From Candidatus Krumholzibacteriia bacterium (GTDB lineage: Bacteria; Krumholzibacteriota; Krumholzibacteriia; LZORAL124-64-63), in contig JBFXKG010000004.1 in NCBI GenBank assembly GCA_050174015.1, positions 64,001-128,000 of the forward strand: a stretch of DNA of 64,000 bases, given 5' to 3'. Positions 1-9,936 of this stretch are shown here, in pieces. A program made the position numbers and the translations under genes. Below the pieces are notes generated by a model. That model ran no database searches and had not been told where the DNA came from. It saw only the letters and a list, made by a program, of their open reading frames with translations. Position 1 is the first letter of the stretch; every line of letters starts with the position of its first letter.

Positions 1-2595
1 AGAAGCCGTCATGACGAACCCCGCAGCGGTGGTGTCCAGGGTCACGGTGCTCTCGGGATGCACCTCGCCGGCGAGGATCAGGTCCGCCAGGCGGTCCTGC
101 ACCTCGCGCTGGATGACGCGCTTGATGGGCCGCGCCCCGAAGCGCGGGTCGAAACCCAGCTCCGCCAGGCGGGCGACGGCGGCGTCGGTGGCCGTCAGGG
201 TCACGTCCTGGTCCGCGAGGCTCTTGCCCACCTTCGCCAGTTCGAGCCGAACGATGGTGGCGATCATGTCCCGGCCCAGGGCGCTGAACCGCACGATCCC
301 GTCCAGCCGGTTCAGGAACTCGGGCCGGAAGTGGCCGTGCAGCCCCTCGAGGATGCGGTTCTCCCGCTCGATCCTCTCCTGCTCCGTCTCGTCGCGGCGG
401 ACGGGGATCTCGTACTCGGGCCCCTGGCACAGGTTGCTGGTCATGATGACCAGGGTGTTGGTGAAGTTCACCACGCGGCCCTTGCCGTCGGTGAGCCGGC
501 CGTCGTCCAGCAGCTGCAGCAGCACGTTCATCACCTCGGGGTGGGCCTTCTCCACCTCGTCCAGCAGGATCACGCTGTAGGGATGGCGGCGTACGGCCTC
601 GGTCAGCTGCCCGCCCGACTCGTAGCCGACATAACCCGGAGGCGCGCCGATCATCCGCGCCACCGCGTGGCGCTCCATGTATTCGGACATGTCCAGCCGC
701 ACCAGATGCGTGTCGTCGCCGAACAGCTGCTCGGTGACGGCCTTCGCCAGCTCGGTCTTGCCCACGCCCGTGGGTCCCAGGAACAGGAACGAGCCCAGCG
801 GCCGCCGGCGGTCGGTCAGACCCGCGCGCGAACGCCGGATGGTCCGCGCCACCTTGGCGACCGCCTCGTCCTGGCCGACCACGCGTTCGGTGATGCGCTG
901 CTCGAGCTCGCGCAGCTTGGCCATCTCGTCCTCCACCAGGCGCTGCGCGGGGATCCCGGTCCAGCGAGCCACCAGCTCGGCGATGTCGTTCTCCTGGACC
1001 TCCTCCTTCAGCAGCGGCTGCTCGCCCTGGATGCGGGCCAGCTCGGCGTAGGCCTGCCTGATCTGCTTCTCCAGGCCCGTCTGGCCGCTGTACTTCAGCT
1101 CGCTGGCGCGGGCCAGGTCGCCGCGGCGTTCGGCAGCTTCCATCTCCAGCTGCAGGTTCTCCTGCTGCTTCTGCAGGGCGCGGATGGCGTCGATGGCCTC
1201 GCGCTCCTGCTCCCAGCGCGCCTTGACCTGGCCCAGGTCGTCGTTCAGCTCGGCGATCTGGTGGTCGATGGCCTCGCGCCTCGCCACCGCGGACTTGTCC
1301 TTCTCCTTCTCCAGGGCCAGGCGCTCCATCTCCAGCTGGTTGAGCTGGCGCTGCAGGTCGTCCACCTCGCCCGGCACCGAGTCGATCTCCATGCGCAGGC
1401 GGCTGGCGGCCTCGTCCATCAGGTCGATGGCCTTGTCCGGCAGCATGCGGTCGGGGATGTACCGCTGCGACAGCTTCACCGCCGCGACGATCGCCCCGTC
1501 GGTGATGCGGATGCCGTGATGCACCTCGTAGCGTTCCTTCAGGCCGCGCAGGATGGCCACGGCCTGCTCCCACGAGGGTTCCTCGACCATCACCGGCTGG
1601 AACCGCCGTTCGAGCGCCGGGTCCTTTTCGATGTGCTGGCGGTACTCGTCGATGGTGGTCGCGCCCACGCAGTGCAGCTCGCCGCGGGCCAGCGCCGGCT
1701 TGAGGATGTTGCTGGCGTCCATGGCGCCGCTGGTCGCACCCGCCCCCACGAGGGTGTGCATCTCGTCGATGAACAGCAGGACCTCGCCCTCCTGTTCGGT
1801 GACCTCCTTGATGACCTTCTTCAAACGATCCTCGAACTCCCCGCGGTACTTGGTGCCGGCGATGAGCGCGCCCATGTCCAGCGCGAGTACGCGCTTGCCC
1901 TTCAGGCCCTCGGGCACGTCCCCCTCGACCAGGCGGCGCGCCAGGCCCTCGACCACCGCGGTCTTGCCCACGCCGGGCGAGCCGATGAGCACCGGGTTGT
2001 TCTTGGTGCGGCGGCTGAGGATCTGGATGGTCCTGCGGATCTCCTCGTCGCGGCCGATGATCGGATCGATCTTCCCCTCGCGGACGGCCGCGCACAGGTC
2101 CCGGGCGTACTGCTCGAGGGCCGAACCCTTGCCGCCCCCCACGCCCGATTCGTCGTCGCCCTGGTAGGCCCCGGTCGCCCCGGCCGCTTCCAGCGCCCGG
2201 GCCATCTTCGCCGCGGTGACGTCGAAGGTCTTCAGCACCCTGCCCGCCCGGCCGGTGTCCGCCGCCAGCCCCAGCAGCAGCTCGCGGGTCCCGACCATCC
2301 CGCCGCCCTTCTTGGCCAGGCTCTCGGCTTCCAGGAAAAGCTTCTGGAGCTCGCGGCTGGGGCCGGGCACGTCCTGGCTGGCCACCGTCGGCAGCGACTG
2401 CAGCTCCTGCTCGCAGGTGCGTGCGACCAGGCCGGGATCGAGTTCCATCCCCCTGAGGGTGTTGGTGGCCAGACCGGTCTCGCTGAGCAGGGCCCACAGC
2501 AGGTGCAGGGGCTCCAGCTCCGCGTGCTTGGATTCATATGCCCTGGACTGAGCTTTCTGGATGGCTTCCATGGCGTTCACGGTCAGGTTCTTCAT
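1..2595 (-). CDS. clpB: ATP-dependent chaperone ClpB (3' end runs off the window)
   Basis: Absent from the ORF track because no stop lies in the window. Minus strand from ATG 2595 reads [16 protein letters not shown]...; it has [27 protein letters not shown], a coiled-coil middle domain and [15 protein letters not shown]. Purine-rich RBS upstream. Confidence 0.95.
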   Translation of the reverse strand, partial: MKNLTVNAMEAIQKAQSRAYESKHAELEPLHLLWALLSETGLATNTLRGMELDPGLVARTCEQELQSLPTVASQDVPGPSRELQKLFLEAESLAKKGGGMVGTRELLLGLAADTGRAGRVLKTFDVTAAKMARALEAAGATGAYQGDDESGVGGGKGSALEQYARDLCAAVREGKIDPIIGRDEEIRRTIQILSRRTKNNPVLIGSPGVGKTAVVEGLARRLVEGDVPEGLKGKRVLALDMGALIAGTKYRGEFEDRLKKVIKEVTEQEGEVLLFIDEMHTLVGAGATSGAMDASNILKPALARGELHCVGATTIDEYRQHIEKDPALERRFQPVMVEEPSWEQAVAILRGLKERYEVHHGIRITDGAIVAAVKLSQRYIPDRMLPDKAIDLMDEAASRLRMEIDSVPGEVDDLQRQLNQLEMERLALEKEKDKSAVARREAIDHQIAELNDDLGQVKARWEQEREAIDAIRALQKQQENLQLEMEAAERRGDLARASELKYSGQTGLEKQIRQAYAELARIQGEQPLLKEEVQENDIAELVARWTGIPAQRLVEDEMAKLRELEQRITERVVGQDEAVAKVARTIRRSRAGLTDRRRPLGSFLFLGPTGVGKTELAKAVTEQLFGDDTHLVRLDMSEYMERHAVARMIGAPPGYVGYESGGQLTEAVRRHPYSVILLDEVEKAHPEVMNVLLQLLDDGRLTDGKGRVVNFTNTLVIMTSNLCQGPEYEIPVRRDETEQERIERENRILEGLHGHFRPEFLNRLDGIVRFSALGRDMIATIVRLELAKVGKSLADQDVTLTATDAAVARLAELGFDPRFGARPIKRVIQREVQDRLADLILAGEVHPESTVTLDTTAAGFVMTAS

Positions 2596-2659
2596 CGGTG
2601 TTCCCCTTCGCTTTCGACTCTACCCCCCGGGGGGTGTTCGCTTTGTTCGGGGTGAGCCA

Positions 2660-2675
2660 TGCAGGGTGGATGCCA
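2660..2675 (-). promoter_or_regulatory. Putative sigma54 (-24/-12) promoter of clpB
   Basis: Minus strand TGGCATCCACCCTGCA has GG-N10-GC spacing, 65 nt upstream of the clpB start. An AT-rich tract and the palindrome AATCGTAT-N5-ATACGATT (2720-2740) lie further upstream. Confidence 0.6.
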
Positions 2676-2814
2676 GAGCCAAAAAATTCACAATATGTTG
2701 CATTAAAACAACTTCCAAAAATCGTATTCGGTATACGATTCCAGCTCCTGCCAAAAACAGCCAAAATGACATGACAAAGTGTCTTGAAACGGATGATGGC
2801 GGGGACTGTCGGCC

Positions 2815-2991
2815 TCAATCACTGGAGACGGGGAGCTTGAGGGCCTTGCAGAGGTACTTCCTGGCCGAAGCGACCCGGCCGCAGGTTTTGCAGGCGAACT
2901 TGGGATCCCGGACGATGGGAAAGAGCTGGTCCATCTGCTTGTCGAAGGATCCCTTCTCCCACTTGCAGATTTCCTTCGGTTTCTTGCTCAT
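2815..2991 (-). CDS. Small Cys-rich protein (58 aa), putative metal-binding
   Basis: AGGAG RBS then ATG; MSKKPKEICKWEKGSFDKQMDQLFPIVRDPKFACKTCGRVASARKYLCKALKLPVSSD*. Below the ORF-track length cutoff. Confidence 0.8.
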   Translation of the reverse strand: MSKKPKEICKWEKGSFDKQMDQLFPIVRDPKFACKTCGRVASARKYLCKALKLPVSSD

Positions 2992-3044
2992 GGATCTCCT
3001 GTCCCTGGAATTCCGCCTGCCCCCCGCCCCATCGGACCGACTCC

Positions 3045-3068
3045 ATTGATAATGAGAATTTTGTCAAT
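3045..3068. promoter_or_regulatory. Imperfect palindrome, Fur-box-like, overlapping a TTGACA on the minus strand
   Basis: ATTGATAATGAGAATTTTGTCAAT, containing a GATAATGA half-site, between the small Cys-rich gene and ppk1. Confidence 0.45.
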
Positions 3069-3157
3069 CCACTAGGCCCGCGTGGAGGATTCACCAACCC
3101 GTTCTTATCTTTTTCCCGTTCAACGGCAGGAAGCCAGGCCCCAACAGGGATACGGCC

Positions 3158-5395
3158 ATGGACCAGGATGCCCCCGACCTCGACGTTGCGCCCGGCCCGC
3201 TCAATGCCGACATTGCCCCCGAGGAAGAGTCCATCAGCTCGGACCTTGGCGAAGGGGAACCCGTCGGCGTGGACAAGCCATCCCAGGACATCGACCTTTC
3301 CCGCCGGGAATCCCGGTACGTGAACCGGGAACTGGGGCTTCTCCGGTTCCAGTACCGGGTCCTCGAAGAGGCCATGGACCCCCGCAACCCCCTGCTGGAG
3401 CGGGTCAAGTTCCTGTCCATCGTCGGGTCGAACCTGGACGAGTTCTTCATGGTCCGGCTCGGGGGACTGGTCATGCAGCAGCGGGCCGGGATCGTCGATC
3501 TTTCCATCGACGGCAAGAGCCCCGCCGACCAGCTGGCCGCCATCCGGCCCGTGGCCGAGGACCTCATGCTCAAGGCCTCGGCCCACTGGCGCCAGGTCCT
3601 GAAACCCGCCCTGGCCGAGGCCGGCATCCAGGTCCTGGACTACCGGGAGCTGAACGAGAAGCAGCTCAAGCAGGTCGAGGCCTACTTCCTCAAGTCGATC
3701 TTCCCGGTCCTGACGCCCCAGGCCTTCGACCCCGGACATCCCTTCCCCCACATCTCCAACCTGAGCCTGAACCTCGCGGTGATGATCAGGGACGCCGAAG
3801 GCGAGGAGCACTTCGCCCGCATCAAGGTCCCTGCCATCCTGCCCCGACTGGTTCCCCTGAAGCGGTCCAGCGGCGGCCAGCGCAAGGACGGCACCGTTCC
3901 CCACAACCACCGGTTCGTCTGGCTGGAGCAGGTGATCACGGCCCACCTGGGGCACCTCTTCCCCGGGAACGAGATCCTTCAGGCGTATCCCTTCCACGTC
4001 ACCCGGAACGCGGACATCGCCATCCAGGAGCTGGAGGCGTCCGACCTCCTGGAGACCATGGCGGAGAACATCCACACGCGCCGGTTCAGCCCGGTCATCC
4101 GCCTGGCCGTCGAAAAGGGGCCGTCCAAGGAAGGCCGCAAGGTCCTGGTCCAGAACCTCGAGGTCAACCGCAACGACATCTACGATCTGCCCTCGCCCCT
4201 GGCCCTGAGCCATCTCATGCAGCTCTACGACGTCGACCGCTACGACCTCAAGGACAAGCCCACCAAGCCGCGCCTCCCGGCGGCCCTGCGCCCGGAGGCG
4301 CCGGACGCCGACATCTTCGACGCGATCAGGGCGGGCGACATCCTCCTCCACCATCCCTATGAATCGTTCGATCCGGTGATCGACTTCCTGAAGACCGCCG
4401 CCCGCGACCCGGACGTCCTGGCCATCAAGCAGACGCTCTACCGGGTCGGTCCGCAATCCCCGGTGGTCAAGTACCTGCTCGAGGCCCGCCGCGAGCACCG
4501 CAAGCAGGTCACGGTCCTGGTGGAGCTCAAGGCCCGCTTCGACGAGGAGAGCAACATCGGCTGGGCCAAGATGCTCGAACGGGAGGGCGTGCACGTCATC
4601 TACGGGATGGTGGGTCTGAAGACCCACGCCAAGACCCTGCTGGTGGTGCGCCGCGAGGGCAAGGATCTGCGCCGCTACCTGCACCTGGGGACCGGCAACT
4701 ACAATCACACCACGGCCCGCGTCTACGAGGACATCGGGATGTTCACGTGCGACGAGGACCTGGGCGCGGACCTGACGGACCTCTTCAACTACCTGACCGG
4801 CTATTCGGGGATCCGGAGCTTCCGCAAGCTGCTGGTGGCCCCCCTGAACATGAGGGAGCGGCTGCAGGAACTGATCAGCAGGGAGATCGACCACGCTCGC
4901 GAGGGGCGCGAAGCCCGTCTCGTCTTCAAGTGCAACTCCCTGGTGGACCGCCGGCTCATCGACCAGCTCTACGAGGCCTCCGAAGCGGGCGTCCAGGTCG
5001 ACCTGGTCATCCGGGGGCTGTGCTCCCTGCGGCCCGGGGTGCCCGGATTGAGCGGGAACATCCGCGTGCGCAGCATCGTCGGCCGGTTCCTCGAGCACAG
5101 CCGGATCTACTACTTCCACAACGGCGGCCAGGGCGAGGTCTTCCTCGGCAGCGCGGACCTGATGACCCGCAACATCGACCACCGGGTCGAGACGCTGTTT
5201 CCCGTCCGGGCCGAACCGCTCGTCCAGCGCCTGCGGGACCAGGTCCTGCAGACCTACCTGGACGACAACACCCGGGCCTGGACGATGAGGACCGACGACG
5301 GCTACGACCGGGTGAAGGCGGCGCCGGACGCCCCGGGCGTCGACGTCCAGGACATCCTCCTGGGCGGCCTGAACCCCGCCGCGGGTCCGGCCTGA
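3158..5395 (+). CDS. ppk1: Polyphosphate kinase 1
   Basis: NREL, NLDEFFMVR, DILLHHPYESF, ELKARFDEE, KTHAK, GTGNYN, SIVGRFLEHSR and GSADLM motifs. Confidence 0.97.
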   Translation: MDQDAPDLDVAPGPLNADIAPEEESISSDLGEGEPVGVDKPSQDIDLSRRESRYVNRELGLLRFQYRVLEEAMDPRNPLLERVKFLSIVGSNLDEFFMVRLGGLVMQQRAGIVDLSIDGKSPADQLAAIRPVAEDLMLKASAHWRQVLKPALAEAGIQVLDYRELNEKQLKQVEAYFLKSIFPVLTPQAFDPGHPFPHISNLSLNLAVMIRDAEGEEHFARIKVPAILPRLVPLKRSSGGQRKDGTVPHNHRFVWLEQVITAHLGHLFPGNEILQAYPFHVTRNADIAIQELEASDLLETMAENIHTRRFSPVIRLAVEKGPSKEGRKVLVQNLEVNRNDIYDLPSPLALSHLMQLYDVDRYDLKDKPTKPRLPAALRPEAPDADIFDAIRAGDILLHHPYESFDPVIDFLKTAARDPDVLAIKQTLYRVGPQSPVVKYLLEARREHRKQVTVLVELKARFDEESNIGWAKMLEREGVHVIYGMVGLKTHAKTLLVVRREGKDLRRYLHLGTGNYNHTTARVYEDIGMFTCDEDLGADLTDLFNYLTGYSGIRSFRKLLVAPLNMRERLQELISREIDHAREGREARLVFKCNSLVDRRLIDQLYEASEAGVQVDLVIRGLCSLRPGVPGLSGNIRVRSIVGRFLEHSRIYYFHNGGQGEVFLGSADLMTRNIDHRVETLFPVRAEPLVQRLRDQVLQTYLDDNTRAWTMRTDDGYDRVKAAPDAPGVDVQDILLGGLNPAAGPA

Positions 5396-5520
5396 TGCGC
5401 ACCCTCTGCTACCTGCGCCACGGCCAGGCCGACCGCTCGCAGTACACCGGCAAGGACGACGCCCTGCGCCCCCTTACCGGAAGGGGGCCGCTGCGGGCTC
5501 ATTCTTCCTGGGAAGCCTGA
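5395..5520 (+). pseudogene. Truncated SixA-like histidine phosphatase (N-terminal ~30 aa only)
   Basis: ATG overlaps the ppk1 stop; MRTLCYLRHGQADRSQYTGKDDALRPLTGRG has the RHG and D-x-x-RPLT-x-x-G motifs, then runs into the pfk 3' end and stops at 41 aa. Confidence 0.75.
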
Positions 5521-6695
5521 TCCAGAAGCGCCCGGAAGCGGTCGTCGGAAACGCCCATGTGGGTGCCCACCCGCCGCGCCGTGCAGATCCAGGGATGATC
5601 GAGGGGCACGAGGTTCTTGACCCCGGCGACCTGTTCCAGGGGGACGGGCACGGCCTGGCCACCCTGGAGGGCCACCATGACGCCGTGATGGCCGGCGGCC
5701 AGCAGCTCGGCCGCCTTCACGCCCAGCGTGGTGGCCAGCAGGCGATCCGCGGCCGAGGGCACGCCCCCCCGCTGGACGTGCCCCAGGGAGGTGACCCGCG
5801 CCTCGGTGCGGGTCAGCACCTGGAGCTGCCGGGCCAGCCTGTTGGCCAGGGATTCCCGCACCAGCTTGTAATCCCGGAAATCCGGGGAGTCGGCCTCGGG
5901 ATCGCTCGCCGCCTCCCTGGCCTTGGCCTGGGCCTTCTTCTTGCGCCCGGATTCGGCCTCGGCCTCCTTCCGGGACTTCGCCCGCTCGGCCACCGCCACG
6001 ATGGAGAACTTCTTCCCGAAGCGCTTCTGGCGCTCGAGCAGGAAGTCGCCTATGGCCTCAAGTTCGTAAGGGATCTCGGGGATGAGGACGATGTCCGCCC
6101 CGCCCGCGATGCCCGCGCCCAGGGCCAGCCAGCCGGCGTCGTGCCCCATGGTCTCGACGATGATGATCCGGTCGTGGCTCGTGGCCGTGGTGTGCAGGCG
6201 GTCGATGGCCTGGGTGGCGATCTCCATGGCCGTGTCGAAACCGAACGAGACGTCCGTCAGGGCCACGTCGTTGTCGATGGTCTTGGGCAGGGTCAGCACG
6301 TTCAGCCCCGCACGCTGCAGCTGCAGGGCGTTCTTCTGGGTGCCCCCGCCGCCCAGGCAGACCACGCAGTCGAACCCGTTGTTGTGGGCGTTCTCGACGG
6401 CCACCCTCGTCATGTCCAGGACCTTGCCCCCCATGGGCATCTTGTGGAGCTTGTCCCGGGCCGTGCCCAGGATGGTCCCCCCCAGGGTCATGACCCCGCT
6501 GACGTCCCTGGACTCCAGCGGCCTGGTCCGGTTCTCCACCAGTCCCCGGAACCCGTCGAGGATGCCGACCACCCTGATGCCGTAATCCTGGATCGCCGCC
6601 TTGGTGATCCCCCGGATGGCCGCATTGAGTCCGGGGCAATCCCCGCCGGCGGTGAGGATTCCGATGCATCTGGTCTTGCTGGGAAACCTGCCCAT
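5499..6695 (-). CDS. pfkA: 6-phosphofructokinase, PfkA family (phosphoryl donor uncertain)
   Basis: [36 protein letters not shown] and LGHVQRGG motifs. Confidence 0.92.
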   Translation of the reverse strand: MGRFPSKTRCIGILTAGGDCPGLNAAIRGITKAAIQDYGIRVVGILDGFRGLVENRTRPLESRDVSGVMTLGGTILGTARDKLHKMPMGGKVLDMTRVAVENAHNNGFDCVVCLGGGGTQKNALQLQRAGLNVLTLPKTIDNDVALTDVSFGFDTAMEIATQAIDRLHTTATSHDRIIIVETMGHDAGWLALGAGIAGGADIVLIPEIPYELEAIGDFLLERQKRFGKKFSIVAVAERAKSRKEAEAESGRKKKAQAKAREAASDPEADSPDFRDYKLVRESLANRLARQLQVLTRTEARVTSLGHVQRGGVPSAADRLLATTLGVKAAELLAAGHHGVMVALQGGQAVPVPLEQVAGVKNLVPLDHPWICTARRVGTHMGVSDDRFRALLDQASQEE

Positions 6696-6854
6696 GGACC
6701 TTCACCGCTTTCTGGGAATGGAACGTTCGCTTGAGGATACCCAGGGGAGTCCATCCAGGCAACCCTCCTTTGAAATTGTTGGGATAAATTAATTTTTGAA
6801 TTATGATATATTTCCCTTAGGGTCATTCCTCTTTGTATTCCACGCGGGATCGCC

Positions 6855-8393
6855 ATGTTCCCAGGAACCGCTTACTGCACCCCCAGGATGGCGTCGGCCG
6901 AGAAGCTGCTGGCCGATCTGGGCCTGGGGTTCAGCCTGGTCCCCGCCGAGGCCCTCCGGTTCCAGGTGCTGTTCAGCGACACCTTCGACTGGGCCCTCCA
7001 CCGGGCGGGCTGGGCCCTGGAAGTCCAGGGCTCCGGTTACCGGCTCCTGGACCGCGCTGGGGGCAAGGTGATCGCCGCCGCGGTGGAATCCTCGGTCCAT
7101 GCTCCCCGCTTCGCCTGGGAGTTCGCCGACCCCCTCCTGAGGTCCCTCCTGGAACCCCGCCTGAAGATCCGCGCCCTCGTCGGCATGCTGGTCGTCGCCG
7201 GCCGGGGCCGCCGGTTCGACCTCCGGAACCCGAACGGCGAGATGGCCGGCCGCTGCGACCTGACCACCCTGCAGCTGGTCCGGGGCAAGTTGAAGGAACC
7301 CTTCATGGTCGTCTGTTCCTTCGGGGCCCTTTCCGACGATTCGCCCCTGGCGATCCAGGCAGCACGCCTCTGCCGGGAATCCGGCTGGGAAGAGGCCCCG
7401 CCCGTGGTCCTGGACCAGGCCCTGGCCCGGGCGGGCATCGTCCCCGGGGCCTATTCCAGCAAGATGGCCGTATCCCTCGATCCCGAATTGTCCACCAGGG
7501 AAGCCTTCCGGAGGATCGCCGGGAACCTCGTGGGCGTCATGAGGGCCAACCTGCCCGGCATCCGCAAGGACGTCGACACCGAATTCCTGCACGACTTCCG
7601 CGTGGCGGTCCGCCGGACCCGGTCCCTGCTGAAGCTCCTGGACGCCGTGATTCCCGGCGGGGTCCTGGAGGAGTTCGTCCCGGTGTTCCGGCGCATCGGC
7701 CGGGCCACCGGGCCCTTGCGGGACCTGGACGTGTCGCTCCTGAAACGGAATGAATACGAGGCGTTCGTGCCCCCCGTCCTGCACCCCGGCCTCGAGGACT
7801 ACTTCAGCGAGCTCGCGGATCGGCGGCGGGAAGCCCTGACCCGCCTGATGGACTTCCTGGACGGCCCTGATTTCCAGCAGGGGCTGGACCGCTGGGAAGC
7901 GTTCCTGAGCCTCGACCCCGCCGCCTGGCCGGGCGGCTACGACCTGGCCGATCCCCCGGTGGGACCGACCGCCCGCAGGGAGATCGCGCGTCTTTACCGG
8001 CAGGTCCTGAGGCGGGGAAAACGGGTGACCCGGGAAGGCAAGGACCGCAGCTTCCACCGTTTGCGCATCCGCTGCAAGGAATTGCGCTACGCCCTGGAAT
8101 TCTTCGCCTCCCTGTTTCCCGGAACCGGACACGGCAAGGTGGTCCGGCGCCTGAAGACCCTGCAGGACGACCTCGGGGAGTTCAACGACCTCTGCGTCCA
8201 GATGGCGCACCTGGAGACCCTGCTCGAGGGGCGGGCCGGCCGCCCCATCCCCCGCCGGGAAGCGGCGACGCTGGGGGCCCTCATCCTGCGGATGGACCAG
8301 CGCAAGCAGGCCGTGGGCGAACGGTTCGCCGAGACCTTCGCCGGATTCTCCCAGGAAAAGAACCGCCGCCTGGTCAAGGCCATGCTGGCCTGA
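6855..8393 (+). CDS. CHAD domain-containing protein (polyphosphate-binding)
   Basis: EFLHDFRVAVRRTRSLL, LRDLDV, FHRLRIRCKELRYALEFF and LQDDLGEFND motifs; near ppk1. Confidence 0.88.
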   Translation: MFPGTAYCTPRMASAEKLLADLGLGFSLVPAEALRFQVLFSDTFDWALHRAGWALEVQGSGYRLLDRAGGKVIAAAVESSVHAPRFAWEFADPLLRSLLEPRLKIRALVGMLVVAGRGRRFDLRNPNGEMAGRCDLTTLQLVRGKLKEPFMVVCSFGALSDDSPLAIQAARLCRESGWEEAPPVVLDQALARAGIVPGAYSSKMAVSLDPELSTREAFRRIAGNLVGVMRANLPGIRKDVDTEFLHDFRVAVRRTRSLLKLLDAVIPGGVLEEFVPVFRRIGRATGPLRDLDVSLLKRNEYEAFVPPVLHPGLEDYFSELADRRREALTRLMDFLDGPDFQQGLDRWEAFLSLDPAAWPGGYDLADPPVGPTARREIARLYRQVLRRGKRVTREGKDRSFHRLRIRCKELRYALEFFASLFPGTGHGKVVRRLKTLQDDLGEFNDLCVQMAHLETLLEGRAGRPIPRREAATLGALILRMDQRKQAVGERFAETFAGFSQEKNRRLVKAMLA

Positions 8394-8498
8394 ACCCGAC
8401 GGAGCGCCGCCCGCAGGGATCGCGCGGTTGACAAGGCCGGGCCAAGCGCCAAAGATCGGCTCGCAAGAACGTGCCGACCCGGAACCAAGGGAGCCGCA

Positions 8499-9104
8499 AT
8501 GCCGCCGCACATCCTCGAGGGATTCGACGTCGAGGAACTCGACGGCCTCGGCAACCCCGTGTTCGCGGTCGACGGAGACCTCACCATGGTCTATGCCAAT
8601 CCCGCCTACTTCGATTTCGCAAGGGACAACGACGCCGGTCCGGGGTTCGCCGCTCGCTGGGGGATCGGGTGCAACATCCTGGAAGCCATACCAGCCAATC
8701 TGGAATCCTACTTCCGGAGGATGTTCTCCCTGTGCTTCGAGCGGAAGGCGCCCTGGGAACACCAGTACGAATGCTCCAGCCCCGAGCGCTTCCGCCTGTT
8801 CAAGCAGCGGGTCTACCCCGTGGGTGAAAGGTCCGGGCTCGTCGTGCTGAACAGCCTGGTCACCGAGGTCCGCCACGATCCGGTGGCCCGTCCGCCCCAG
8901 GCCGCCGATCCGGCCGTCTATTGCGACCAGCGCGGCCTCGTGCACCAGTGCGTCCAGTGCCGGCGCATCCTGCGCCAGGGGGAGATCCCCGAGTGGGATT
9001 GGGTGCCCGCCTGGGTCGCCACGCCGCCTCCCGAAGTCACCCACGGGTTATGCCCGATGTGCCTGGACTTCTACTATCCCAGGGACGAGGCCGATCCGAG
9101 CTAG
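8499..9104 (+). CDS. Hypothetical protein, PAS-like N-terminus and C-terminal Cys motif
   Basis: VFAVDGDLTMVYANPAY (PAS-like); QCVQCRR...THGLCPMC; GGAG RBS. Confidence 0.65.
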   Translation: MPPHILEGFDVEELDGLGNPVFAVDGDLTMVYANPAYFDFARDNDAGPGFAARWGIGCNILEAIPANLESYFRRMFSLCFERKAPWEHQYECSSPERFRLFKQRVYPVGERSGLVVLNSLVTEVRHDPVARPPQAADPAVYCDQRGLVHQCVQCRRILRQGEIPEWDWVPAWVATPPPEVTHGLCPMCLDFYYPRDEADPS

Positions 9105-9676
9105 CTTCTGACGGGTCGGCGCGACCGCAGGACCGCCGCCAGGGCGCGACTGGCCGGGAAGGCGAAGGATTCCTCCGGAGCGAAGGACCAGAACTCCTCC
9201 AGCTCGAGGGTGCCGCTTGCCCGTTCGTAGGCCAGGGCCTGGACCAGGAGGTCGAGGCGGTCCGCGTCGCGGACCAGACGGGCCTCCGGCGACTCCTGGG
9301 CCTCGAACCCGTCCCAGGTCGCGCGCCAGCGGGCCTCGACCCGGGACCTCCCCAGCAGCTCGGCCATGGCGGCGGATTCGGCGGCCGCCTTGGCTCCCTT
9401 CGGCAGCAGGCGCGAGGCCCCCAGGGACAGATCGCCCGTGACGCTTTCGGGCAGGTCGTGGATGATCGCCATGGTCAGGACGGTCGCACGATCCAGGTCC
9501 GGCTCATCCACCAGGTCGAGCAGGGCCAGGGCGATGAAGGCGACGCCGTGGCTGTGGTCGGCAACGCTTTCGGGGGCGGGCACGCCGCGCTGGGCCCAGC
9601 CTGTGCGCGGGGTGGTCTTCAGACGGTTGGCGCGCACCAGCAGGTCGGCCATGGTTTCGAAGGTGCTCGGGGTCAT
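9101..9676 (-). CDS. HD-domain phosphohydrolase (YfbR/HDDC2-like 5'-deoxynucleotidase)
   Basis: LKTTPRTGW, ESVADHS, IIHDLPE and DADRLD motifs. Confidence 0.88.
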   Translation of the reverse strand: MTPSTFETMADLLVRANRLKTTPRTGWAQRGVPAPESVADHSHGVAFIALALLDLVDEPDLDRATVLTMAIIHDLPESVTGDLSLGASRLLPKGAKAAAESAAMAELLGRSRVEARWRATWDGFEAQESPEARLVRDADRLDLLVQALAYERASGTLELEEFWSFAPEESFAFPASRALAAVLRSRRPVRS

Positions 9677-9825
9677 CGGTCCTCTCCCGGATCGCGTCGA
9701 TGTTCATCCCTGATGGTCCCCGCCCGGGGGGAATCCGGACTCCTGGCCGGATCCGACCGCAACATACCACGGGGCGTCCCCGGGTTCACCCTCTGGATCC
9801 CCGCCGCCGGCCGATCTTTCCCGGC

Positions 9826-9858
9826 AGGCATCCCCTGGACACAAGGCATCCCCTGGAC
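9826..9858. repeat. 15-nt direct repeat, 2 copies, intergenic
   Basis: AGGCATCCCCTGGAC at 9826-9840 and 9844-9858. Confidence 0.8.
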
Positions 9859-9936
9859 CTTCCCCGCCGCCAGCGTCCATGGTAAGCTGGCCTGTCTGCA
9901 GGTCCGAATCTCCCACCCCAGCCAGGAGACGATCCC

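Noticed and set aside
58..2655. 865-aa plus-strand ORF, and similar long ORFs at 2819-5182, 19995-22859, 39620-41632, 47010-49934, 54926-57241 and 62456-63850
   Set aside because: Antisense shadows of real genes (clpB, ppk1, spermidine synthase-like, pepF, atp, AAA ATPase, GH13) produced by high-GC codon bias; no recognisable motifs.
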